The notes under the pieces were generated by a model. It did not search any database. It was given only the letters and a program-made list of their open reading frames with translations, and was not told where the DNA came from. Below are positions 19,518 through 29,168 of a stretch of DNA of 64,000 bases, one piece after another; positions within the stretch are counted from its first letter, which is position 1, and the number at the start of each line of letters is the position of its first letter. Source of the stretch: an uncultured bacterium (lineage in GTDB: Bacteria > Zixibacteria > MSB-5A5 > GN15 > FEB-12); contig CBDVDR010000002.1 of NCBI GenBank assembly GCA_965372795.1, positions 248,256 through 312,255 of the forward strand, read 5' to 3'. Both the position numbers and the translations under genes were made by a program.

Positions 19518-20243
19518 TTAGATATATTTGTTTTGAAATTGAATCAGGAGTTTGCTGAGGGTCTTAGCGTGTTCTTTATATAGAGCCATCTCCTCATTGT
19601 CGCAGCATTCTTTCATTAAAAGAGCAGTCTCTTTTATAGCCTTAAATTCAATAATGAGGGCATCTTTCTGTTCTTTCAGTTCATCAGGAATCGATGCTTC
19701 GTTCAGGAACTTGACTTTTGCTGCCAAAGTTTCAGTAGAACCAATAATGCCATCTTTGTTATCAATCGGAAGATGTGATTCAAGAATCAGATTCAGGGTT
19801 ATCACAATTCCGCTTATTTCCGGATAATGAACCGGCAGGACCGAGGAGGCGGTCATTTCGAAAGCATCATGAAGGTCCGGCATTAGTTTATAGGCTAATT
19901 CCCGGTCATTATTTTTGCAAGCCAGCGCAAATTGCTCAACCAGAACTTTGAATTGTTTCCTTAGTTCAAGGAATGTTTTCGTTCTTGTCTCGGTTTTTAA
20001 ATCAGGTTTCATTTCGGCGATGCCGATAAATTTTTTGGCAAACAAAGGTCCGGCGGCAAGCAAGGCTTCAAAATCTTTATTGGGCCAGGCCTTGTGCCAG
20101 ACGGGAGCCATTATTTCATGAAATTCACCAAAGGCGTTATGTCCTTTTTTTGCAGCGATATCAGCCGGACAGCCACTTTCCTGGGCAAAGATACTCCCTG
20201 CCAATAAAGATGCGATAATCAATAGAATCACGATCTTTTTCAT
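19518..20243 (-). CDS. Exported helical hypothetical protein, His-containing
   Basis: Signal peptide MKKIVILL...AQE; FHEIMAPVWH and LHDAF; 241 aa ORF with RBS. Confidence 0.7.
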   Translation of the reverse strand: MKKIVILLIIASLLAGSIFAQESGCPADIAAKKGHNAFGEFHEIMAPVWHKAWPNKDFEALLAAGPLFAKKFIGIAEMKPDLKTETRTKTFLELRKQFKVLVEQFALACKNNDRELAYKLMPDLHDAFEMTASSVLPVHYPEISGIVITLNLILESHLPIDNKDGIIGSTETLAAKVKFLNEASIPDELKEQKDALIIEFKAIKETALLMKECCDNEEMALYKEHAKTLSKLLIQFQNKYI

Positions 20244-20273
20244 TTTTCCCTCTCTTGTATCGAATGAATATAA

Positions 20274-21422
20274 TTAGATTACATTTGTTTCATCAACAAG
20301 AACACCCTCAGCAAACCGATTGGGTGATAAAGCCGAGATGTCTATCGTAGGCTTTTGGCCACTTATAATCTCAGCTGTAATCAATCCGGCTGCCGGAGCC
20401 TGCATAAATCCATGTCCTGAAAAACCAACCACATGAAACATACCTTTAATGACCGGTTCCCAGCCTATTATAGCATGATGGTCAGGGGTTGTTTCATAGA
20501 GTCCTGCCCATTGATTCGCGATTTCCGCAGTTTCAAGGAGAGGCATTCTATCAAGAGCTTTTTCAAGAATTGCATCGGTATAGTCAGGATCAATTGAAAT
20601 ATCGAATGATGGTTGAACTGTTTTATCAGCCCATCCAAGCAACATACCTTTTGATTCTTTATGGAAATAAAGTCCCGATTTGACATCCACCACCATCGGG
20701 AAATCCGGTTTTACAAAATCCAGTTCTCCGGTAGTAACGATTTGTCTGCGGATCGGATCAACTTTGAGATCTGCGCCAACCATTTTGCCTATTAATCCAG
20801 CTTGAGGTCCGGCACAATTGACAACCAGCTTGGTCGCTATAGTTCCCTTTGATGTTTGAACTTCAGTGATCGTCTCACCATTAGTGGCAATGCCGGTTAC
20901 TTCAGTATCATATTCAATATCAGCGCCATTTTTTCTGGCTGCTTTTTCGTATCCGCTAAGAAATTCATAAGGATCGCCTAAACCATCATCAGGGCAGAAG
21001 GTCGCTAATTTTATATTATCAAGGCTTATATGGGGTGCGTATTGAGCAATTTCGTCTACTGAGAGAAGTTTTACATTTAAACCAAGTGATTTTTGCAGCT
21101 CGTATGAATTTTTGAAAGCATCAATATGCTTTTCATCTTCCAGAATGAACATATAACCAACCTGATCAAAAAGAGCCTTGAAACCGGTATCTTCTTCAAA
21201 TTTACAGAATAATTTTTCAGATAACATCGACAATTCAATATTCACCCGGCTGGTAAACTGGGCTCTGATTCCTCCGGCAGCTTTGGCTGTGGCACCGCTT
21301 CCGGGGACAGGTTCTTTTTCAATTAAGGTCACATGACCCAAATTCTGCTTGGAAAGGTAGAAGGCTGCTGCCATGCCGATAATGCCGCCGCCAATTATAA
21401 CAATATCTGCTTGTGAACGCAT
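20274..21422 (-). CDS. FAD-dependent oxidoreductase (sarcosine oxidase beta / D-amino acid oxidase family)
   Basis: IIGGGIIG, AAGGIRAQF, WAGLYETTPD and GFSGHGFMQAPA. Confidence 0.9.
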   Translation of the reverse strand: MRSQADIVIIGGGIIGMAAAFYLSKQNLGHVTLIEKEPVPGSGATAKAAGGIRAQFTSRVNIELSMLSEKLFCKFEEDTGFKALFDQVGYMFILEDEKHIDAFKNSYELQKSLGLNVKLLSVDEIAQYAPHISLDNIKLATFCPDDGLGDPYEFLSGYEKAARKNGADIEYDTEVTGIATNGETITEVQTSKGTIATKLVVNCAGPQAGLIGKMVGADLKVDPIRRQIVTTGELDFVKPDFPMVVDVKSGLYFHKESKGMLLGWADKTVQPSFDISIDPDYTDAILEKALDRMPLLETAEIANQWAGLYETTPDHHAIIGWEPVIKGMFHVVGFSGHGFMQAPAAGLITAEIISGQKPTIDISALSPNRFAEGVLVDETNVI

Positions 21423-21446
21423 AAACTCCTCTTAAACATCCAATTA

Positions 21447-21464
21447 AAATGAATTATTTCACAA
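21447..21464. promoter_or_regulatory. Rex-like operator candidate
   Basis: AAATGAA-TTAT-TTCACAA versus consensus TTGTGAA-N4-TTCACAA; lies upstream of the FAD oxidoreductase. Confidence 0.4.
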
Positions 21465-21611
21465 AAAGTTAAGGAAAAGTCTGGGAAAAATCAAGATGAT
21501 TCATTAAATTCGAGTCCCGAAGTTTTACCGAAGAATATACAGGTTTTTAGATATTTGAAGGAAAAGTTTAATCTTGAATGAAAGATTAAAAACGAATAGT
21601 ATTACAGAATA

Positions 21612-23363
21612 ATGAATTATAAACTAATTAATAAATTATATAAGAAATTCAGTTTATCGGGTTCAAATGTCCTGATTATTCTGGCAATAATTGTCGGCTT
21701 AGCTACGGCGTTTGGGGCAATGGGATTTATAGCCTTAATTAGTTATTTCAATGATCTCTTCTTCGGATTAACAGATCAACTTCTTACAGATTCAATCGGT
21801 GATAGAGGATTCAAATACTGGCTCCCGCTTATTCCGATGCTGGGTGGTTTAATAGTCGGTCCGATTATTTATAAATTTGCATCTGAAGCAAAAGGGCATG
21901 GGGTTCCGGAAGTCATGAACTCAGTCGCCCGAATGGGGGGGATAATTCGTCCCAGAGTTGCTGTTGTAAAAACGGTTGCATCTGCAATCTGTATCGGGTC
22001 AGGAGGGTCGGCAGGACGCGAGGGACCAATTGTTCAAATTGGCTCGGCTATCGGATCAACCATCGGGCAGATGTTTCGCATGTCCAGTGATCGGGTAAAA
22101 ATACTGGTTGGATGCGGAGCTGCTGCCGGAATTGCATCGGTCTTTAATGCACCTATTGCCGGCGTTATTTTTTCCTTAGAAATTATTTTAGGCGATTTTG
22201 CGATTAAAACATTCTCGCCTGTAATCTTATCCTCAGTTGTTGCATCGGTTGTAACAAGAACTTTCATGGGTGACCATCCGGCATTTTCGGTCCCGGAATA
22301 CTCTTTGATCTCGGCCTGGGAAATTCCATTATATGTCGCTATGGGAGGAATGTTGGGTGGTTTAGGCGTAACCTTTACCAGAACATTGGAGTTTTTCGAA
22401 GACGTTTTTGAAAAAATTAAAATGCACCCGATGTTGAAACCGGCCTTAGGCGGTTTACTAATGGGTAGCATTGCAATTTTTTACCCTCAGATTTTAGCTG
22501 ATGGATACGAAACCATCAAACTAACTCTGTATGGCAGTATTACAATAGGGTTGCTCTTATTGCTTATCGTTCTGAAAATGATTGCAACTTCGCTAACTTT
22601 GGGGTCAGGTAATTCCGGCGGTATTTTTGCGCCATCATTGTTTATGGGAGCGGTTGCCGGAGGAGCTTATGGATTTGTAGTGAACTATTTATTTCCGGAA
22701 GTCACCGCCACGCCGGGAGCCTATGCTTTGGTTGGCATGGCTGGCATGGTTGCCGCAACGACCCATGCCCCGATTACAGCTCTTTTAATTATATTTGAGA
22801 TGACTTCTGATTATCGAATTATTTTGCCTTTGATGGTTACAGTTGTTTTTGCTGCCTTAGCTGCCGGGAAGCTGTTCAAGCATTCTATATATACCGTAAA
22901 ACTGGCCAGGCGAGGGATTGATATTAAAGGCGGTAAAGATCTGAATGTTTTAAGGTCGCATAAAGTATTAGAAATAATGGATCGCAGTTTTGAAACGATC
23001 CCGGCTGCGATGCCTTTGGCAAAGATACTACACACCATTGAGCATACTAAGGAAACTTATTTTGTCGTTGTTAACAAACAGGGCATGATGAAGGGCGTTC
23101 TATCATTTCAGGATATTCGATCACTTTTAAGCCAGCATACTCTTGATTATCTGGTGATTGCCCAGGATGTTGTAAAAGAGGAAACGGTTTCTGTAACAGG
23201 CGATAATACTTTAGAAGATGCCTATCAACTTTTCGGCTTAAGGGATTTAAAACTTCTGCCTGTGGTTGAGCATGAAAATTCTTCCAAAATTATAGGGGTT
23301 ATCCGGCGGGACGATTTGATGAATTATTATAATCGACGGCTATTGGATACTTTGCATCATTAA
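21612..23363 (+). CDS. ClC family chloride channel/antiporter with tandem CBS domains
   Basis: GHGVPE, GREGP, GIFAP and SIY; C-terminal CBS pair. Confidence 0.93.
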   Translation: MNYKLINKLYKKFSLSGSNVLIILAIIVGLATAFGAMGFIALISYFNDLFFGLTDQLLTDSIGDRGFKYWLPLIPMLGGLIVGPIIYKFASEAKGHGVPEVMNSVARMGGIIRPRVAVVKTVASAICIGSGGSAGREGPIVQIGSAIGSTIGQMFRMSSDRVKILVGCGAAAGIASVFNAPIAGVIFSLEIILGDFAIKTFSPVILSSVVASVVTRTFMGDHPAFSVPEYSLISAWEIPLYVAMGGMLGGLGVTFTRTLEFFEDVFEKIKMHPMLKPALGGLLMGSIAIFYPQILADGYETIKLTLYGSITIGLLLLLIVLKMIATSLTLGSGNSGGIFAPSLFMGAVAGGAYGFVVNYLFPEVTATPGAYALVGMAGMVAATTHAPITALLIIFEMTSDYRIILPLMVTVVFAALAAGKLFKHSIYTVKLARRGIDIKGGKDLNVLRSHKVLEIMDRSFETIPAAMPLAKILHTIEHTKETYFVVVNKQGMMKGVLSFQDIRSLLSQHTLDYLVIAQDVVKEETVSVTGDNTLEDAYQLFGLRDLKLLPVVEHENSSKIIGVIRRDDLMNYYNRRLLDTLHH

Positions 23364-23364
23364 T

Positions 23365-25182
23365 TTATTTCTGAACAATTATATCTTCACTTGCTCGTGG
23401 TTGAAATCTTGGCAGTTTAATTTTAAAACAAGTGCCTTGCCCCAAGGTTGTGTCGACTGAAATATTACCATGATGTTGTGATGCTATTTTTTTGGCATTA
23501 AAAAGACCAAGACCATTTCCTTTTTTCTTAGTAGAAAAATGAAGCAGGTATATTTTGTGGAGCAGCTCTTCTGAAATTCCGACACCATTATCACAAATTT
23601 CAATAATAATTTCTTCAGTTTTAGAATCAACATCAGAGTAAATAGTAATCTGTTGATTATAACTTTGCTGATTTGCATCATTAGAAATTGCTTTTTCCTG
23701 AACGGCATCAGCAGCATTTTCTAAAAGGATAATTAGCAATTGTTTGATTTGGGAAACATCCATCTCAAGATTAGGTATATCCTGATTGATGTCTATCGTA
23801 AAATGTATTTGTTTAAAACGACTCTGGTTTTTTAATGAAAACAGAGTGTCCTCAATAAGACGTTTTACATCAAAACTAATAAATTCAGTTTCTGGCTGAG
23901 AAAGATCAGCCAGGGAACTTACATACATCTGTAATTTTAAGAGACTGTCATTCACAGCCCGGGTATTGAATTTAGCCTTTTCAAATTCTTCATTATCAAT
24001 ATGTCGGGATAAGAGTGACATATTATTTGAAAGGACCGTCAGGAAATTATTTAATTTATGACCCATGCTATTTGTCAGATCAGATCTTTCAGCCAGCTTC
24101 TCAGACAATATGACATACTTCTCGGTGATCGTTTTTTCGGTGACATCCTCTATGAAAATTATCAAGCCTTTGCCATATTCCGTAAAATCAATCACCGGCG
24201 TTAATTTTAGAGAAAGGACTTTTTCCATATAACCGGTATCATGGAAATATCTTGGCTCTTCAAAAGTTTCATAACTTGTAAGGCTTGAAGTTATCATGTA
24301 TTGCCATTGAGTTTTTTCCTTCTCAGGGAATATCTCAAATAGATTATTGATGTTTTTATTTTTTATGTTCTCAAAATTTATATCGAGAATTTCCATTGCC
24401 GATCGGTTGATGTCGATTATATCTGCTTTGTTATCAATAACAATTAAACCGATTGGTGCTTTTTCAAAAACTGTTTTGAAGGGAGAGGAGTCAGAGAGCT
24501 TGCCCTTTGAGATTTTTTCTGATTTGAAAAGAGAAATTACGAATTGAATTAAATTATTTAGAAGCGAATTTACAATTTGGGATTGTTCGACAGAACTTAG
24601 TTTTGTTTCATAATAAATTACATATCTATGATTATTAAGATCAAGAGGAATAAAGAAATGATAAATGAATTTTTCAGTAAGTATTACGTCATCGTCTATA
24701 ATAGAAGTATCTACTTCCGATTGAGTATGTGTTATCTCTGTTTTTTTCTCAAAGACTTTTTTGCATAAAGCTTTCACAGTATGGGGCAAACTAGCCGTAG
24801 CGGTTCCTTCAGGGTAGTTATATAATGCCTGTAACGAGGGTTCATTGTTTGACATTAGGGTAAAGGCTGCGCATTTATCGGCATCAATTAATGAAGCACT
24901 TTGATTTACAACAAATCCGATTAAACTTTCAATGCTTATTTTCTGGGATGATTTTATTAGCAGATCAATGATGAGTTTTTGTAAAGAATTAGAAATTGTA
25001 TAATTTTCAGGATAGTTCTGAAGTTTCTCAGCTTCACTATAACAATTATCTGAAAATATATTTAACTCGTTTAGATCGCTAATATTATTTGAATTATGAT
25101 CATTGGTGGTTGAATTATTTTGGGAAAGGTTTGCGTCAAAGGGTGAATAATCAGTCCCTGTTTTATTTGAATTTGAAAGCAA
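23365..25182 (-). CDS. GAF/PAS sensor histidine kinase (atypical H-box HKLNN)
   Basis: PAS (FEKAPIGLIVID), N-box LLENAADA, DNGVGI, FSTK and GNGLGL; TTG start at 25182 after AAGGAG (ORF opens at 25212). Confidence 0.85.
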   Translation of the reverse strand: MLSNSNKTGTDYSPFDANLSQNNSTTNDHNSNNISDLNELNIFSDNCYSEAEKLQNYPENYTISNSLQKLIIDLLIKSSQKISIESLIGFVVNQSASLIDADKCAAFTLMSNNEPSLQALYNYPEGTATASLPHTVKALCKKVFEKKTEITHTQSEVDTSIIDDDVILTEKFIYHFFIPLDLNNHRYVIYYETKLSSVEQSQIVNSLLNNLIQFVISLFKSEKISKGKLSDSSPFKTVFEKAPIGLIVIDNKADIIDINRSAMEILDINFENIKNKNINNLFEIFPEKEKTQWQYMITSSLTSYETFEEPRYFHDTGYMEKVLSLKLTPVIDFTEYGKGLIIFIEDVTEKTITEKYVILSEKLAERSDLTNSMGHKLNNFLTVLSNNMSLLSRHIDNEEFEKAKFNTRAVNDSLLKLQMYVSSLADLSQPETEFISFDVKRLIEDTLFSLKNQSRFKQIHFTIDINQDIPNLEMDVSQIKQLLIILLENAADAVQEKAISNDANQQSYNQQITIYSDVDSKTEEIIIEICDNGVGISEELLHKIYLLHFSTKKKGNGLGLFNAKKIASQHHGNISVDTTLGQGTCFKIKLPRFQPRASEDIIVQK

Positions 25183-25281
25183 GAATACTCCTTTAATAAA
25201 GCCAATATACAAGATATAGCACTACCTTTCATATATCGGAAGAAGTAGCTAAAAGATAACTAACTAAGTGAAAACAGACAA

Positions 25282-25926
25282 TTAATCTTGAGGTTCAGTG
25301 AAAGAACTGTCCAAATCCGTCATTCTGAAAGGACGACTTTTTATCTGGTACTCGGTTCGGCCATAGCTGGAAAATTCCAGAAACCTGTTGAAAAGGTATT
25401 TTAATGCAGAATTATTTTCTGTCGGTTTATTTGAGGCATTACCTACCAATACAGCACTAAGGCAGTCTATGTCTACTTCAAGTTCATACCGGTTTTCGGG
25501 ATCAATTATTTTCTCAGGCAGGATATAAATATAAATTGAATCGTTCAAATAACGATGTAATTGAGCTGGTGAAATAACGGTTCTTTCAGTTGAATTTTCA
25601 GCATCGCTTGTGATTATAACGAAATTCTGAGTTAAGATTCGGTATTTGATATCTACAAAAAAATCTGTCTTTGCAATATTCTCTGTCCCGAATAATTTTT
25701 TTGGGCGATTTAGATTTACGTGTAGAAAAATTGAGAAGTCGATTCCGTCCTTGAGATTTTCAAGGATATTACTGTTTATAAAAGATGCGAGGTCTATCCA
25801 CACAGCCAGGCTGTCATTAATCTTAGCCAGGTCATAGTCGATATCAACATTTTCCCGGGCAGTAACTGTTTGTCCGGGAAAAGATAATAGTAGGGAAAAT
25901 ATAAATATAGAAAATTTAATTTTCAT
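25282..25926 (-). CDS. Exported protein, DUF4390-like
   Basis: Signal peptide; ILENLKDGIDF and IKYRILTQNF pattern; next to an NtrY/NtrX-like pair. Confidence 0.55.
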   Translation of the reverse strand: MKIKFSIFIFSLLLSFPGQTVTARENVDIDYDLAKINDSLAVWIDLASFINSNILENLKDGIDFSIFLHVNLNRPKKLFGTENIAKTDFFVDIKYRILTQNFVIITSDAENSTERTVISPAQLHRYLNDSIYIYILPEKIIDPENRYELEVDIDCLSAVLVGNASNKPTENNSALKYLFNRFLEFSSYGRTEYQIKSRPFRMTDLDSSFTEPQD

Positions 25927-25931
25927 TTGTG

Positions 25932-27692
25932 TTAAAAGTTATGAGTTAACCTCACTAAAACTTTTGGGTCATCATTCGGATCGCTGTCGAGCCGTTTTGC
26001 AAGAGTGATTTTAAAATCATCGCCGATATAAAAACCGACACCCAAATTATTTCTGATTTCCTGGGCATCAGAAAGAGATTCATCATTGGCTATCTTGCCG
26101 ATATCCCAGAAAATAGAAGTTGCAATATCTATACGGGGGAATTCTACCCGATACTCAGCATTTCCCATCCAGAATTCAGTTCCCATAAACTCTTTATGAT
26201 GAAAACCGCGTAAAGTTCCTAAACCTCCAAGATAAAACCGTTTGTACATCGGTAAATATCCTTCACTGGAACCATAGGCTCCCGAAAGAATCAACATTGC
26301 CCGCCGATTGATCTTTTGGAATCTGGTTAATGATACCGAATATCTTTTATAGTCAAAATCGGAATTTAAATCAGGGTGCGACCATTCATATTTTGATTTC
26401 AGATGCCAGGCGGAGTTATCAAAAATAAAATCATCATTGGTCGTTTTATAATCGAGTTTGAAGGACAAGGTTGCAATATCGGTTGTATCGATTTCAGCAA
26501 TCGAATTTAAACGAAAAGTTTCTTCGACTGAATGAAAGTTCTTATCAAAGTTTTTGCTTCTGCCAAACACCGCCCACAATCCCCGGGTACTTTCAATAAA
26601 ATTTGTTTTTTCTATACGATAACGTGATTCAAGGGTAAGATTGCCAAATGGTTTTACCCGGAGATACGCCGTACCGCCTTCGCCTTCATAATAATCTTTA
26701 AAATCTTCTGCAGCAAAGATTGCAAAGGCAGTATTCTCATCATCCTGTAAAAGATGATCATCTTCAGAAGCCAACCTGCGATAAAGTTCTCCGCCAACGG
26801 CGATTGGGAGAGATGTTGAAAGCACCTGTTCAAATCCAAAGAAATATCTCCAGCGATCAGATGCAAAACCATAACCGCCTTTTGCCCACAAAGAGGGGAG
26901 AGTCGAGTCGACATCGTTATACTTTAGCGATGAATAAATTGCTAAACCATCAACTTTGTTATAGGTCATATCGAATCCGGTAGATATATCATTATCCCGG
27001 CGTTGAAACCGGTGGGTTCTGCGCGATTTTTGTTTTTTACCTGAGTAGACACCACCGTAAAGGGAAGCATCATTAGCAACATCTATGCGACTCTTGATAG
27101 TTGAAACATCACCGCGAACCACAGCATCGGAACCGATATAAATTTCACCCAAGAGAGAAATGACTTCTTTGTTTACTTCACCGTAAACTTCAATATCACC
27201 GGTAATTGAAAGGACAAACCCGCGAATAAACTCATCCTCTTCAACTACCAAAGGTCCGTCAAATTGGAATAAATTTCCTCTTCTGAAGCGGGAAGAATTA
27301 TTGCCGGATGATTTAGTTTTATAAAACATGATTGAAAAGGCATCTGTTTCACCGTCGATATAAATATCAGAAATATCTCTATAAGCAATTTCATCCGATC
27401 CTATGGCGATGTGGTTTTTATGAAAAGTTAGATTATCACCAATTTTCAGATAATCATCAGTTCTTTTTAACTCACCTTTAGGGATATATGATTCGTTTTC
27501 AGTTTCCCCTAAAAAAGTAGTTACAATTATTTCCTCGTCATCAATCTGAATTTCAAAAAGAACGTCCTGTTTTTTTTGCCTTTTAAAATCTTTGTATTCA
27601 ATGGCATTAACAAATCCGCCGCAAAACAGAAGAGCAATAAATGTTATAATCAGTTTACTCATAATACTCCATATTTTTTGATGCTTACTCAT
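25932..27692 (-). CDS. Omp85/BamA-TamA family outer-membrane beta-barrel with bactofilin-like N-terminal repeats
   Basis: YNKVDG barrel start, FYLGGLGTLRGF lid motif, NAEYR and terminal Phe; GDIEVYGEV...VVRGDV repeats. Confidence 0.75.
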   Translation of the reverse strand: MSKHQKIWSIMSKLIITFIALLFCGGFVNAIEYKDFKRQKKQDVLFEIQIDDEEIIVTTFLGETENESYIPKGELKRTDDYLKIGDNLTFHKNHIAIGSDEIAYRDISDIYIDGETDAFSIMFYKTKSSGNNSSRFRRGNLFQFDGPLVVEEDEFIRGFVLSITGDIEVYGEVNKEVISLLGEIYIGSDAVVRGDVSTIKSRIDVANDASLYGGVYSGKKQKSRRTHRFQRRDNDISTGFDMTYNKVDGLAIYSSLKYNDVDSTLPSLWAKGGYGFASDRWRYFFGFEQVLSTSLPIAVGGELYRRLASEDDHLLQDDENTAFAIFAAEDFKDYYEGEGGTAYLRVKPFGNLTLESRYRIEKTNFIESTRGLWAVFGRSKNFDKNFHSVEETFRLNSIAEIDTTDIATLSFKLDYKTTNDDFIFDNSAWHLKSKYEWSHPDLNSDFDYKRYSVSLTRFQKINRRAMLILSGAYGSSEGYLPMYKRFYLGGLGTLRGFHHKEFMGTEFWMGNAEYRVEFPRIDIATSIFWDIGKIANDESLSDAQEIRNNLGVGFYIGDDFKITLAKRLDSDPNDDPKVLVRLTHNF

Positions 27693-27722
27693 GTTAAACC
27701 TCCACTTTTTATTTTACTATAT

Positions 27723-27739
27723 AACAAAAGCTGTGCCAA
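27723..27739 (-). promoter_or_regulatory. Sigma54 (-24/-12) promoter candidate for the Omp85-DUF4390 genes
   Basis: TTGGCAC-AGCTT-TTGTT (GG-N10-GT); the predicted start near 27712 leaves room for the GGAGG RBS before ATG 27692. Confidence 0.6.
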
Positions 27740-27818
27740 CTAAGTAAGCTCGTAAATAGTAACAAGTTAAGTATGCGTCAAGTTTGTAACTGTGTTGCTT
27801 ATACACACCCATGAACGA

Positions 27819-29165
27819 TTAATGTTCATCTTTTTTGATTCCTAATTCTTTGATCTTACGTGATAAATTGGCTCGGTCAATCTTAAGCACCACAGCAGTT
27901 TTGGAAATATTCCCATCACATTCATTTAAAGTTATTTGAATAATCTGCTTTTCAAATTGAGACATTTTATCACTGAGTGATTTGTTCTCCATTGAACCTG
28001 ACTCTACAATATCTTCTGATAAAATAGAACGAATTTGATTAATACTCACAGTTTTGCCATTGAGTATAATTGTCAGTCTTTCGATTATATTTTTCAATTG
28101 GCGAATGTTGCCGGGATAGTCAAGAGTTGTTAAATAGGCAAGAGCATCGGGTGTTAATTTTGTGTTTGAAGCCGGATCGTATCTTTTTAAAAATGATCCT
28201 GCCAACAGAGGCACATCATCAAGACGGTTGCGAAGGGGGGGAACCTCAATCGATAGTACCGATATCCGGTAATAAAGGTCTTCCCGGAAAGTGGATTCTC
28301 TAATCATTTGGCTTAAGTTTCGATTGGTAGCACATAAAATTCGAACATCAGTTTTTACTGTGGACTCAGACCCCAGCGGTTCAACTTCTCCGGTCTCAAG
28401 CACCCTTAAAAGTTTCGCCTGACATTCAAATGGTAAATCACCGATCTCATCAAGGAAAAGAGTTCCGCCATCTGCCATAACAAATTTACCCGGATAATCT
28501 TTGATCGCACCGGTATAGGCTCCTTTTCTATGACCGAAAAGTTCCGATTCAAAAAGGGTTGGAGGAATCCCCGGACAATTTACTTTTACAAATGGTTTCC
28601 CGCGCCGTTTACTTTCAAGGTATAATCTTGTTGCCACCAGCTCTTTGCCGGTTCCGTTTTCACCCTCTATTAAAACCGTCGAATCAGTCGGCGCCGACTG
28701 CCGGATCGTTTTTATCAGTTGCTTTACAGCTTTGCTTTGGCCAATAATTTGTGAGTTTTCATCAATATCAGAGAGCGACAAATTTTGCTGATGATTAGCA
28801 TTGACCAGCATCATCGCAACTTTGACCGATGAAATCAATTTTTCAGGAGGTACCGGTTTTTCAAGATAATCAATAGCTCCCAGACTGACAGCTTCTAAAG
28901 CGGTGGAGATATCTGATTGCCCTGAGATCACTAAGACCAGGGGAGCTTGCGATTCATTCTCAAGCTGTTTCAAAAAATCAATCCCGGATTCACCCGGCAA
29001 ATTCAAATCAAGTAAAACCAAATCAAAATCAGTCTGACTATTTTTCAGCAATGCCGCATCTATCGTATCGGCAATATCGCATTTATAACCCTGATCAGTT
29101 AACAGTGAGGAAAATGCCAGCGTAATGTTTTTTTCATCATCAACTATTAGGATTCTATTAGGCAT
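27819..29165 (-). CDS. Sigma54-dependent response regulator (NtrX/NtrC family)
   Basis: REC (VDDE, LLDL), GENGTGKE, ESELFGH, GAYTGA, LFLDEIG and a C-terminal Fis HTH. Confidence 0.95.
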   Translation of the reverse strand: MPNRILIVDDEKNITLAFSSLLTDQGYKCDIADTIDAALLKNSQTDFDLVLLDLNLPGESGIDFLKQLENESQAPLVLVISGQSDISTALEAVSLGAIDYLEKPVPPEKLISSVKVAMMLVNANHQQNLSLSDIDENSQIIGQSKAVKQLIKTIRQSAPTDSTVLIEGENGTGKELVATRLYLESKRRGKPFVKVNCPGIPPTLFESELFGHRKGAYTGAIKDYPGKFVMADGGTLFLDEIGDLPFECQAKLLRVLETGEVEPLGSESTVKTDVRILCATNRNLSQMIRESTFREDLYYRISVLSIEVPPLRNRLDDVPLLAGSFLKRYDPASNTKLTPDALAYLTTLDYPGNIRQLKNIIERLTIILNGKTVSINQIRSILSEDIVESGSMENKSLSDKMSQFEKQIIQITLNECDGNISKTAVVLKIDRANLSRKIKELGIKKDEH

Positions 29166-29168
29166 GAT

